Origin: Candidatus Dormiibacterota bacterium
GTDB lineage: Bacteria > Chloroflexota > Limnocylindria > Limnocylindrales > CSP1-4
DNA length: 64,000 nt
Assembly: GCA_035631615.1 (NCBI GenBank)
Contig: DASQIK010000088.1
Coordinates: 721-64,720 of the forward strand
Direction: 5' to 3'
Of the stretch, positions 29,951 to 37,272 are shown in pieces. The notes under the pieces were generated by a model. The model was not told the DNA's origin. It did not search any database and was given only the letters and a program-made list of their open reading frames with translations. Each line of letters starts with the position of its first letter. Position 1 is the stretch's first letter. Both the position numbers and the translations under genes were made by a program.

Positions 29951-30904
29951 CTAGGCGCTCTTGCGGCGACGGGCGGGGCGCTCATCCTCGGCTTCGGCGG
30001 CGGGCCTGTCGGCCTTCGCCGCGGCCTTGCCGGCCTTCGCCGCGGGCGTCGCGGCGTTCGCGGCGCGCTGCTCCTTTGCCTCGGCGACGGAGACCGGCTT
30101 GCCCGTCCGCGCCTCTCTGGCGGAGGTGGCCGCATTCACGCTCGCCTGGAGGGCGGCCATCAGGTCGACGAGCTTCGTCGGCTCCTCGGCCGGCTCGACC
30201 TCGACCGTCTCGCGACCCTCGATCTTGGACTCGATGACCTGCATCAGCGCCTCGCGATACTCGTCGCGATAGGCAGACGGATCGAACTCGCCGGTCATCG
30301 CCTCGATCAGCTGCGAGGCCATCTTCTTCTCGGCCGGCTTGAGCTCGACCTCCTCGTCGGGAATGTCGAGCTCAGCCAGGGCGCGGATCTCGTCGGGCCA
30401 GTACAGGGTCGAGAGGAGCATCGTGTTCTCGAATGGGTCGAGCGCGGCAAGCGCCTCACGATCGCGGATCACGATCTTGCAGATGGCGGTGAGCCCCTTG
30501 TCCTGGAGGACCTCTCTGAGCAGTGCAAACGCCTTGCGGCCGACGCGATCCGGCTCGAGGTAGTAGGCCTGCTTGACGAACTTGGTCTGGCTCTCGGCCT
30601 CGGTGGCGTCCACGAATTGCTCGATCTCGATGGAGCGGACGGTCTTCAGCGGCAGCTTTTCGAGGTCCTCGTCGGTGATGACCACGTACTTGTCGGGAGC
30701 GTATTCATAGCCCTTGACCGTGTCGGTCCGGGAGATGATCTCCTCCTCGACCGGGCAGAAGACCTTCATCTGGATCCGCGACAGGTCCTCGGCGTGGAGC
30801 ATGTTGAAGCTCACGCCGGCGCGCGATTCCGTGGCCAGGTACAGCTTCACCGGGATCGTCACGAGGCCGAACTGGATGGCCCCCTTCCACATGGAGCGCG
30901 CCAC
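29951..30904 (-). CDS. ku: Ku DNA end-binding protein
   Basis: MARSMWKGAIQFGLVTIPVKLY....F..L....L.RI....C is the canonical bacterial Ku N-terminus. Ala/Lys/Arg-rich C-terminal tail (AAKAGKAAAKADRPAAEAEDERPARRRKSA). Confidence 0.93.
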   Translation of the reverse strand: MARSMWKGAIQFGLVTIPVKLYLATESRAGVSFNMLHAEDLSRIQMKVFCPVEEEIISRTDTVKGYEYAPDKYVVITDEDLEKLPLKTVRSIEIEQFVDATEAESQTKFVKQAYYLEPDRVGRKAFALLREVLQDKGLTAICKIVIRDREALAALDPFENTMLLSTLYWPDEIRALAELDIPDEEVELKPAEKKMASQLIEAMTGEFDPSAYRDEYREALMQVIESKIEGRETVEVEPAEEPTKLVDLMAALQASVNAATSAREARTGKPVSVAEAKEQRAANAATPAAKAGKAAAKADRPAAEAEDERPARRRKSA

Positions 30905-31042
30905 GGGTCTCCCTCATGCTCGTCGCGAATCCCGCTCGCCGCTAGCGGGAGCCGACTCTACCACCGACCGGCAACCGGGCCGAACGACGGACCCTGTCCG
31001 CGGCCTTCCGATTGCGCGGCAACGCGCAGGTACCCTGCGGAC

Positions 31043-31495
31043 GTGCGCTTCAACAGCACCCTCGAGTCGGCGGGCAAGACGGCGGCCGGATTCCACGTCC
31101 CTGAGGCCGTGCTGGATTCGCTGGCGGGCGGGCGGCGCCCGAAGGTGCGCGTCACGATCAACCGGCACACCTGGCGCACGAGCGTCGGGATCGTGGACGG
31201 GCGCTCGATGATCGGGATCCCCGTCGAGCATCGGGCAGCTGCACGGGTGACGCCGGGCGACGTGCTGGATGTCGACGTCGAGCTCGACACCGAGGTCCGC
31301 GAGGTCACGATCCCGGACGACTTCGCCGCGGCGCTGGCACCGTTCCCCGAGGCGCGCGCCTTCTTCGACAACCGCAACTACAGCGAGCGGCGCTGGTTCG
31401 TGCTGGGCATCGAGGATGCGAAGACGCCAGAGACGCGGGCTCGACGCATCGAGAAGGCTGTCGAGCGCCTCCGCGAGGGCCGCGGCCAGCGCTGA
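31043..31495 (+). CDS. DUF1905 / YdeI-OmpD-associated family protein
   Basis: Last 150 aa of track ORF 29828..31495, from GTG 31043: VRFNSTLESAGKTAAGFHVPEAV......RVTINRHTWRTSV, followed by a YdeI-like C-terminus (F.....Y..RRW.V..IE.AK.PETR.RRIEKAVE.L). Confidence 0.65.
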   Translation: MRFNSTLESAGKTAAGFHVPEAVLDSLAGGRRPKVRVTINRHTWRTSVGIVDGRSMIGIPVEHRAAARVTPGDVLDVDVELDTEVREVTIPDDFAAALAPFPEARAFFDNRNYSERRWFVLGIEDAKTPETRARRIEKAVERLREGRGQR

Positions 31496-31504
31496 GGGGC
31501 TGCC

Positions 31505-31774
31505 CTAGATCCGGCGGGTCTTCGCTCCGGCCCCGGCGCGCTGCTCGCCGCGCTGTTCGAGCTCGGTGGCAAAGTCATTGATCGGAACGATCCGACGGCC
31601 TGACCCGGAGTGGGTCCAGAGCGGCTTCGCCGCATCGAGCCGGATCAGCACCGCGAGCATGATCGCGGGGACGAGCGCGAGGCCCGCCGGCAAGCCCATC
31701 AGGCCGAAGGCCAGGCCACCGCCGGACCAGCCGGCGAAAAACCACAGGATGCTGGCCAGGTTGCGCTTGTTCAT
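31505..31774 (-). CDS. Small membrane protein (2 TM), unknown function
   Basis: Track ORF 31505..31921 trimmed to ATG 31774: MNKRNLASILWFFAGWSGGGLAFGLMGLPAGLALVPAIMLAVLIRL.... Host-like GC3. Confidence 0.45.
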   Translation of the reverse strand: MNKRNLASILWFFAGWSGGGLAFGLMGLPAGLALVPAIMLAVLIRLDAAKPLWTHSGSGRRIVPINDFATELEQRGEQRAGAGAKTRRI

Positions 31775-31881
31775 GCGGCGCAGGATGCCGCCACGACCTC
31801 GGCGAGGGCAGTCGTACCTTCGTTCAGCGCGGCGTTCGCTTGGTCCGGTGCAGGGATGCGCCAGTTTGAAACCGCGGCCGG

Positions 31882-33135
31882 TCAGCTCCGGGCGAGCTCC
31901 CGCTCCGCCCGGGAGATCCACGCAAGCACGGCTTCACGGAGCTTGTCCAGGCCGCTCGAGACGGCCGCGGACGTGCTGCCGATGTTCGACAGCTGGACCT
32001 TGAGGCTGCGGACGTTCTCGAGGGCCTCGCGGATGGCCGTGAGGCACGCCGTGACCTCGGCGAGGTCGACCTCGGCCTCGGACTCGCGAATGGTCGTGAG
32101 CGCGAGCAGCCGGACCAGTCGAACCGCTGCCTGCAGGGTGGCGGCGTCCGGGTCCGCCGGGTCGATGACCGCGTAGACGTCCCCCGCTCGCACGTCGAAC
32201 GGGGCGATGCCACTCGGGGCGTGCTCCGGTGTGAACACCACGAGTGCGGCTGCCGCGTCGCGATTGGTCTTCGCGGCGCGGAGCTCGTCGCGCATCTCGC
32301 GGCCCGACATCCTGCGGTTCTTCGCCTCGATGACCACCCGCAGGTCGCACCCATGCGCGAGGTCCGGGTCCAGCGTCAGCACGAAGTCGCCCTTCTTCGA
32401 GCGGCCCGCGTCACCCGCGTCGTTGCCGCAGCGCTCGAGCAGGTCGTTCGCGCCGCGCGCGATGTCGCCGAGCATGCCTTCCAGGAGGTCCTCGAAGTCG
32501 CCGCCCTTGGCGGCCGACTTCGCCCGCTGCTCGCCGCGCGCCTTCTGGGCGGCCTCGATGGCCACCAGCTGCTCATGGAGCGCCTTGAAGCCGTTCTCCA
32601 TCTCCATGCGGAACTGGTGCAGCGGCGAGTTCATGCGGGTCGGGTCGAGCAGCTGCGCCAGGCGCGAGCCGTCGCCGTCGAAGTACGTCTCGAGCATGGT
32701 CCCGATGCGGCCGATGGCGGAGTCACGCCGACGCGGGTCGAACAGCTCGTCGACCATGGAGCGGAGCTTGCCCCGGTCGCCGAGGAATGCCTCGAGGGTG
32801 CGAGGGAGGCGCCCGCCGTCGTCGCCGAAGTTGGCCCGGAGCACCTGCTCCAGGGCCGCCGCGGCCTGTTCGTTCGCGGCGCGGCTCTGGTCCGCGAACC
32901 GGTCGAACTCGGCGCGAACGGCATCCACATTGAGTGTGACGCCGACGCTCTGGAGGGCGGTCAGCCCGATGCGCAGCGCACGCTCGACCAGGATTGCGTG
33001 GTCGTCCATCGGCTGGGCGCCGAGCCACGTGGCGAGCGCGCCATCGCTCAGCGACAGGCGGTCGACGTCGATGCGGTCGCCCGCGACGCGGACGGCCGGC
33101 TGGGCGCTCGGGAAGGTGACGATGCGGGCTTCCAT
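31882..33135 (-). CDS. Hypothetical protein with a long helical/coiled-coil N-terminal part and a PD-(D/E)xK-like C-terminal core (RmuC/DUF2130-like architecture)
   Basis: Track ORF 31882..33369 trimmed to ATG 33135 (MEARIVTFPS). Candidate nuclease core KKGDFVLTLDP...LRVVIEAKNRRMSGREM...AALVVF. Host-like codon usage. Confidence 0.6.
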   Translation of the reverse strand: MEARIVTFPSAQPAVRVAGDRIDVDRLSLSDGALATWLGAQPMDDHAILVERALRIGLTALQSVGVTLNVDAVRAEFDRFADQSRAANEQAAAALEQVLRANFGDDGGRLPRTLEAFLGDRGKLRSMVDELFDPRRRDSAIGRIGTMLETYFDGDGSRLAQLLDPTRMNSPLHQFRMEMENGFKALHEQLVAIEAAQKARGEQRAKSAAKGGDFEDLLEGMLGDIARGANDLLERCGNDAGDAGRSKKGDFVLTLDPDLAHGCDLRVVIEAKNRRMSGREMRDELRAAKTNRDAAAALVVFTPEHAPSGIAPFDVRAGDVYAVIDPADPDAATLQAAVRLVRLLALTTIRESEAEVDLAEVTACLTAIREALENVRSLKVQLSNIGSTSAAVSSGLDKLREAVLAWISRAERELARS

Positions 33136-33235
33136 GCCGTGAGGTTGCCCCCGCCCCGTGCCACCTCTGCTGTCACAACTTCTGGTATGCATCACCGACG
33201 CGGGCACCTGCCGCAAGGACCAGAAGGGAAGACCG

Positions 33236-34099
33236 ATGGAGGCCACGGATGAACGCCGCGCGGTCGCGGCTGCCATCGCGATCGCCGCGGAGCTCGGCCT
33301 GGATGCCGAGGACGCGGACGTGCTCTCCAACTCGAACCGGCTCGCCCTGCGCCTGCTCCCCTGCGACACGCTCGCGCGCGTCGCGCCGCCGACGCATCAG
33401 GCAGCGGTATTCGAGGTCGATCTCGCGCGCCGGCTGGCCGGCACCGATGCCCCGCTCGGCGCCCTGGAGCCTCGGGTGGCGCCGCGCGTCTACCGGCGCG
33501 ACGGGCACCTGATCACGTTCTGGACCTACTACCGACCCCTCGGATCGGCGATCGCATCGGATGCCTACGCCATCGGCCTCGAAGCGCTGCACGGCGCCAT
33601 GCGCGAGGTCGAGGTTCCTGCTCCGCTCTTCACCGATCGGGTCGCCGAGGCGGAGCGACTCGTCGCGAGCCGAGATCGAACGCCGGCGCTCGGCGATGGC
33701 GACCGCGCGCTGCTCGGCAGCACGTTACGGAGCCTGACCCGAACGATCCTCGATCGCGGCGCCGCCGAACAGCTGCTCCACGGCGAGCCGCACCCCGGCA
33801 ACGTGCTGAGCACGAGCTCGGGCCCGCGCTTCATCGACCTCGAGACGTGCTCTCGCGGCCCGATCGAGTTCGACCTCGCGCACGTCCCCGAGGCCGTGAG
33901 CGATCGCTACCCAGGCGTCGACCGAGCCCTGCTCCGCGACTGTCGAACTCTCGTCCTCGCGATGGTCGCGACCTGGCGCTGGGATCGCGACGACCAGCTG
34001 CCGGACAGACGCGCGTTGGGCATCGAGTGGACCGCACAGGTCCGCGCGGCGGGCGAGGACCGTCAGGCTCGGACATCCGCGATCGCGGTCGACGAGTAG
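33236..34099 (+). CDS. Aminoglycoside/choline-kinase-type phosphotransferase family protein
   Basis: Track ORF 33158..34099 trimmed to ATG 33236, which follows AGAAGGGAAG. Catalytic-loop-like LLHGEPHPGNVL and FIDLETCSRGPIEFDLA motifs. Confidence 0.7.
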   Translation: MEATDERRAVAAAIAIAAELGLDAEDADVLSNSNRLALRLLPCDTLARVAPPTHQAAVFEVDLARRLAGTDAPLGALEPRVAPRVYRRDGHLITFWTYYRPLGSAIASDAYAIGLEALHGAMREVEVPAPLFTDRVAEAERLVASRDRTPALGDGDRALLGSTLRSLTRTILDRGAAEQLLHGEPHPGNVLSTSSGPRFIDLETCSRGPIEFDLAHVPEAVSDRYPGVDRALLRDCRTLVLAMVATWRWDRDDQLPDRRALGIEWTAQVRAAGEDRQARTSAIAVDE

Positions 34100-34542
34100 A
34101 CGAGCTCACCTTTGACCCGCTCCTCGAACCGGAGGGGCATGCCCGGCGCGGACGTCGCGAACCAGAACGTGTCGACCGTGTCGCCATCGACGCGCGTGTA
34201 GCGCAGGCAGTCGTAGCGGCCGGCCGGGATGTCGATCGTCTCCTTGTCGATCCGCGTGGAGTCGGCCGGCATCGAGGCGTGCTCCTGGAACTCGCGCCAC
34301 GTCGCGTGATCGGAAACCGGCTCGGTCAGGCGCCGTCCATCTGGCGCTTCGGCCCAGGACTCCCGGTCTGCCCCGTCAGCGTCGCACGACAGGAACCGAG
34401 TGACCCGGACGATGGGTTCGGCGCCTGCCTCGATGACGAGCGAGCGGACGGTCCGCCCCGGCGGGCAGCCTTCGCGGATCTCGGCCGCCGTGAACGGCGT
34501 CGGCAGGTGGTCCGGCCGGAGGACGTGCGGATCGGCGACCAC
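34063..34542 (-). CDS. Hypothetical protein (159 aa) directly downstream of uraH
   Basis: Good GC3. It starts 4 nt after the uraH stop. I recognise no motif. Its 3' end overlaps the convergent phosphotransferase gene by 37 nt. Confidence 0.55.
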   Translation of the reverse strand: MVADPHVLRPDHLPTPFTAAEIREGCPPGRTVRSLVIEAGAEPIVRVTRFLSCDADGADRESWAEAPDGRRLTEPVSDHATWREFQEHASMPADSTRIDKETIDIPAGRYDCLRYTRVDGDTVDTFWFATSAPGMPLRFEERVKGELVYSSTAIADVRA

Positions 34543-34546
34543 GGGC

Positions 34547-34900
34547 TCAGCTGCCGCGATAGGTCGTCATCGAATAGGGCGCCAGCAGCAACGGCACGTG
34601 GTACGAGCGCGTGACGTCCGCCACACGGAGATCCACCGAGATGCGCCGGAAGAATCGATCGTCGGATGCCTCGGGCGTCGTCCGTCCGGAGAGGATGAAC
34701 TCGAGCCGATAGTCCCCCGGCGACATCGGTCGATCGAGGAGGTCGCGGACGCGGCCGTCGGCGTCGGTCAGGGCCTGGGTCAGCCGGATCGGGCGGGCAT
34801 CCTCGCCGAGCTTGTACAGCGACACGTGGACGCCCGCTGCCGGCGAGCCGGTCTCCGTGTCGAGAACGTGCGTGGAGATGGTCGGCGCTTGTTCGGCCAC
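34547..34900 (-). CDS. uraH: 5-hydroxyisourate hydrolase (transthyretin-like)
   Basis: 117 aa with a GTG start. Motifs: ISTHVLDTETGSPAAGVHVSL, HVPLLLAPYSMTTYRGS, with the diagnostic C-terminal YRGS tetrapeptide. Confidence 0.88.
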   Translation of the reverse strand: MAEQAPTISTHVLDTETGSPAAGVHVSLYKLGEDARPIRLTQALTDADGRVRDLLDRPMSPGDYRLEFILSGRTTPEASDDRFFRRISVDLRVADVTRSYHVPLLLAPYSMTTYRGS

Positions 34901-34913
34901 CTATCCTCCCGGA

Positions 34914-35336
34914 ATGAGCCAGCTGCGGATCACCGTCGGCGACCTGCACTTTAGCGCCCGCTGGGAGCCGGCCGCGCCCCAGACGATCGAGGCGATCCGC
35001 CGAATGCTTCCGATCGATTCGAAGCTGATCCACTGCCGCTGGTCCGGCGAGTCGACCTGGATCCCGTACGGCGACTTCCGCCCCGGCATCGACTACGAGA
35101 ACCACACCTCCCATCCGGCCCCTGGCATGCTCGCGATGTATCCCGGCGGGATCAGCGAGTGCGAGATCTTCTTCCCGTATGGCGCCTGCACGACCTCGTC
35201 GAAGGTCGGCCAGCTCGCGGCGAACCACTTCGCGACGATCGAGCCGGACGATGGCTGGGGAGATCGACTGCGCGAGGTCGGCCGACGCGCACTGTGGGAG
35301 GGTGCCCAGGCGATCCGCATCGATGAGGTGCGGTGA
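34914..35336 (+). CDS. DUF3830-like (cyclophilin-like fold) protein
   Basis: Track ORF 34812..35336 trimmed to ATG 34914 (MSQLRITVGDLHFSARWEPAAPQTIEAIRRMLP...HCRWSGES.W). The longer version would overlap uraH. The family call is from memory. Confidence 0.65.
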   Translation: MSQLRITVGDLHFSARWEPAAPQTIEAIRRMLPIDSKLIHCRWSGESTWIPYGDFRPGIDYENHTSHPAPGMLAMYPGGISECEIFFPYGACTTSSKVGQLAANHFATIEPDDGWGDRLREVGRRALWEGAQAIRIDEVR

Positions 35337-35518
35337 TGGAGTTCTGGGCATTTCTCGGGATCGCGTTCGTGGGCGTCGTGTACTTCATCTGGCGAAGCCG
35401 TCGCGGAACCAGCCGCGGGCTCGACACGCTCAACAAGGGCCTGCCCGACGACCTCCGCGACAAGAACACCGGGATGATCAGCCTGCCGAATCGCGGGCGT
35501 CCCTGGGGGCGCGGGTAG
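35333..35518 (+). CDS. Small single-pass membrane protein (61 aa), paralogue 1
   Basis: ATGA overlap with the previous gene, with GAGGTG upstream. MMEFWAFLGIAFVGVVYFIWRSRRG.... High GC3. Confidence 0.5.
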   Translation: MMEFWAFLGIAFVGVVYFIWRSRRGTSRGLDTLNKGLPDDLRDKNTGMISLPNRGRPWGRG

Positions 35519-35567
35519 GCTGCGGGCGGCGACGGCGCATGATCGCCGTCGCAGAGGAGGTCAGCCG

Positions 35568-35804
35568 ATGCCGACCGAGATCCTGGTGTTCTTCGCGATC
35601 GCGTTCGTCGTCGTCGTGGGGCTGCTCTGGTGGAGTCGCCGAGGCGATGCCGCGGACCCAGCACCGATCGCCCGTGCCGTTGTCGATCGTCCCGAACCGG
35701 GTATCTCCAACGAATCGTCGATCGGGCCGCACCGGGATATCGGCCGGCCCTTCCGCGTGGACCACGGCGATCGCCCGACCGACGGCGGCGATCGTAGCGC
35801 GTAG
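35568..35804 (+). CDS. Small single-pass membrane protein (78 aa), paralogue 2
   Basis: Strong SD GAGGAGG 7 nt upstream. MPTEILVFFAIAFVVVVGLLWWSRRG... shares the F..IAFV.VV...W.SRRG pattern with paralogue 1. Confidence 0.55.
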   Translation: MPTEILVFFAIAFVVVVGLLWWSRRGDAADPAPIARAVVDRPEPGISNESSIGPHRDIGRPFRVDHGDRPTDGGDRSA

Positions 35805-35819
35805 CCGCTGCACCTAGTC

Positions 35820-37247
35820 GTGGACCTGCTCGTCCGTGGAGGCACAGTCGTCACCGCGGCCGCCTCGAGGCATGCGGACGTGGCGATTCGCGGCGGTGTG
35901 ATCGAGGCGGTCGATGACGACCTCGGGGCACTCGCGTCGGGCGGGAACGTCGAGGTCGTCGACGCGACCGGTCTGCTCGTGCTGCCGGGTGCCGTCGACG
36001 TGCATACGCACACGCGTGTCGCCACGGACGCCGAGCCGGATCGGTTCTTCCGGGATTCCGTCGCCGCGGCCTTCGGTGGCACGACCACGTTCCTCGCGTT
36101 CAACAACCCGGGGACGGGCTCGTCGCCCGCGGCGGAGCGCTCGCTGCTCGCGGGGCTTCGGGAATGGCGCGCTGCCACGGAGCGAGATTCGGCGATCGAC
36201 TACTCGGTGAGCCTGGCGATCAGCGGCCACATGGACGATCCGGTCGCCGAGCTGCCGGCCATGGTCGATGCGGGCGTCGCGACCGCGAAGGCGTTCATGG
36301 TCTTCGACTTCCGGCTCGGTGACCGCCGGATCTACGACGCGATGCGGGTGCTGGGCGGCCGCGGTGGGATGCTGCAGGTCCACTGCGAGGATCCGGTCCT
36401 GATCGACACCGCGGTCGCGGATGCCCTCGCGCGCGGCGACACGGCGCTGCAGTTCCACGCGGCGACTCGGTCAACGGAGGCGGAGGCCGTCGCGACGCAC
36501 CGCGTCATGGCCTTCGCCCGCGCCGCGGAGGTGCCGGTCCACGTCGTCCACCTGTCGTCCGCGAGCGCGCTGCGGCACGTGCAGGACGCAAAGGCGCGCG
36601 GGGTGCGCGCCCACGCCGAGACGTGCCCGCACTATCTCGCCCTGACCGACGCGCGATATGCATCGGCGGATCTCGCCTCGGTTGCGGAGTGCGTCATCTC
36701 GCCGCCGCTGCGCCCGATGTCCGACCAGGATGCACTGTGGGCCGGCCTCGCGGCCGGCTCGCTCGACCTCATCGCAACGGACCATGTACCAGATCGCCTG
36801 GCCGTCGAGAAGGCCGAGGCCGTCCGCGGCGCCTCGTTCAACAAGGTCAGCAACGGCGCGCCCGGCATCGAGACCCTGCTCGCGATCGCCTATTCCGAGG
36901 GCGTCGCCAGGGGCCGGATCACGGTCGAACGCATGGTTGACCTCCTCGCCACCTCGCCCGCCCGACTGTTCGGCCTGGGGCACAAGGGGGCCATCGAGCC
37001 AGGCCGCGACGCGGACCTCGTCCTGTTCGACCCGGCAGCGCGGCGCACGCTCCGCGCCACCGACCTCCACCACACGAGCGACTACACCCCGTACGAGGGC
37101 TTCTCGATCGCGGGCGCCGTGCGCTCCATCTTCGTCCGCGGCCGCCCGGTGATCCGCGACGGCCGGTTCGTCGGCACCCGAGGGTTCGGCCAGTTCGTGG
37201 AGCGCGGCCAGGCCGGGCATGACCTCGGGCGGATAACGGCTGGGTAA
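35820..37247 (+). CDS. Cyclic amidohydrolase of the dihydropyrimidinase/D-hydantoinase family (possible allantoinase role)
   Basis: 475 aa with a GTG start. Motifs: PGAVDVHTH, carbamylated-lysine region ATAKAFMVF, LQVHCED, VHVVHLSS, ETCPHYL, ISPPLR, IATDHVP. Confidence 0.85.
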   Translation: MDLLVRGGTVVTAAASRHADVAIRGGVIEAVDDDLGALASGGNVEVVDATGLLVLPGAVDVHTHTRVATDAEPDRFFRDSVAAAFGGTTTFLAFNNPGTGSSPAAERSLLAGLREWRAATERDSAIDYSVSLAISGHMDDPVAELPAMVDAGVATAKAFMVFDFRLGDRRIYDAMRVLGGRGGMLQVHCEDPVLIDTAVADALARGDTALQFHAATRSTEAEAVATHRVMAFARAAEVPVHVVHLSSASALRHVQDAKARGVRAHAETCPHYLALTDARYASADLASVAECVISPPLRPMSDQDALWAGLAAGSLDLIATDHVPDRLAVEKAEAVRGASFNKVSNGAPGIETLLAIAYSEGVARGRITVERMVDLLATSPARLFGLGHKGAIEPGRDADLVLFDPAARRTLRATDLHHTSDYTPYEGFSIAGAVRSIFVRGRPVIRDGRFVGTRGFGQFVERGQAGHDLGRITAG

Positions 37248-37272
37248 GCGCCACCGGTCAAGATGCGATCGG

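Noticed and set aside
33155-33190. TGTCACAACTTCTGGTATGCAT, as a possible PafBC/RecA-independent DNA-damage promoter motif (TGTCRGTG-N8-TAnnnT) between the nuclease-like gene and the phosphotransferase gene.
   Set aside because: Only the TGTC core matches; the second half of the upstream element and the -10 spacing do not fit.
34812-34913. Longer version of the DUF3830-like ORF, starting at 34812.
   Set aside because: It would overlap the uraH coding region by about 90 nt on the opposite strand, and the extra residues are not family-like. ATG 34914 gives the expected MSQLRITVGDL start.
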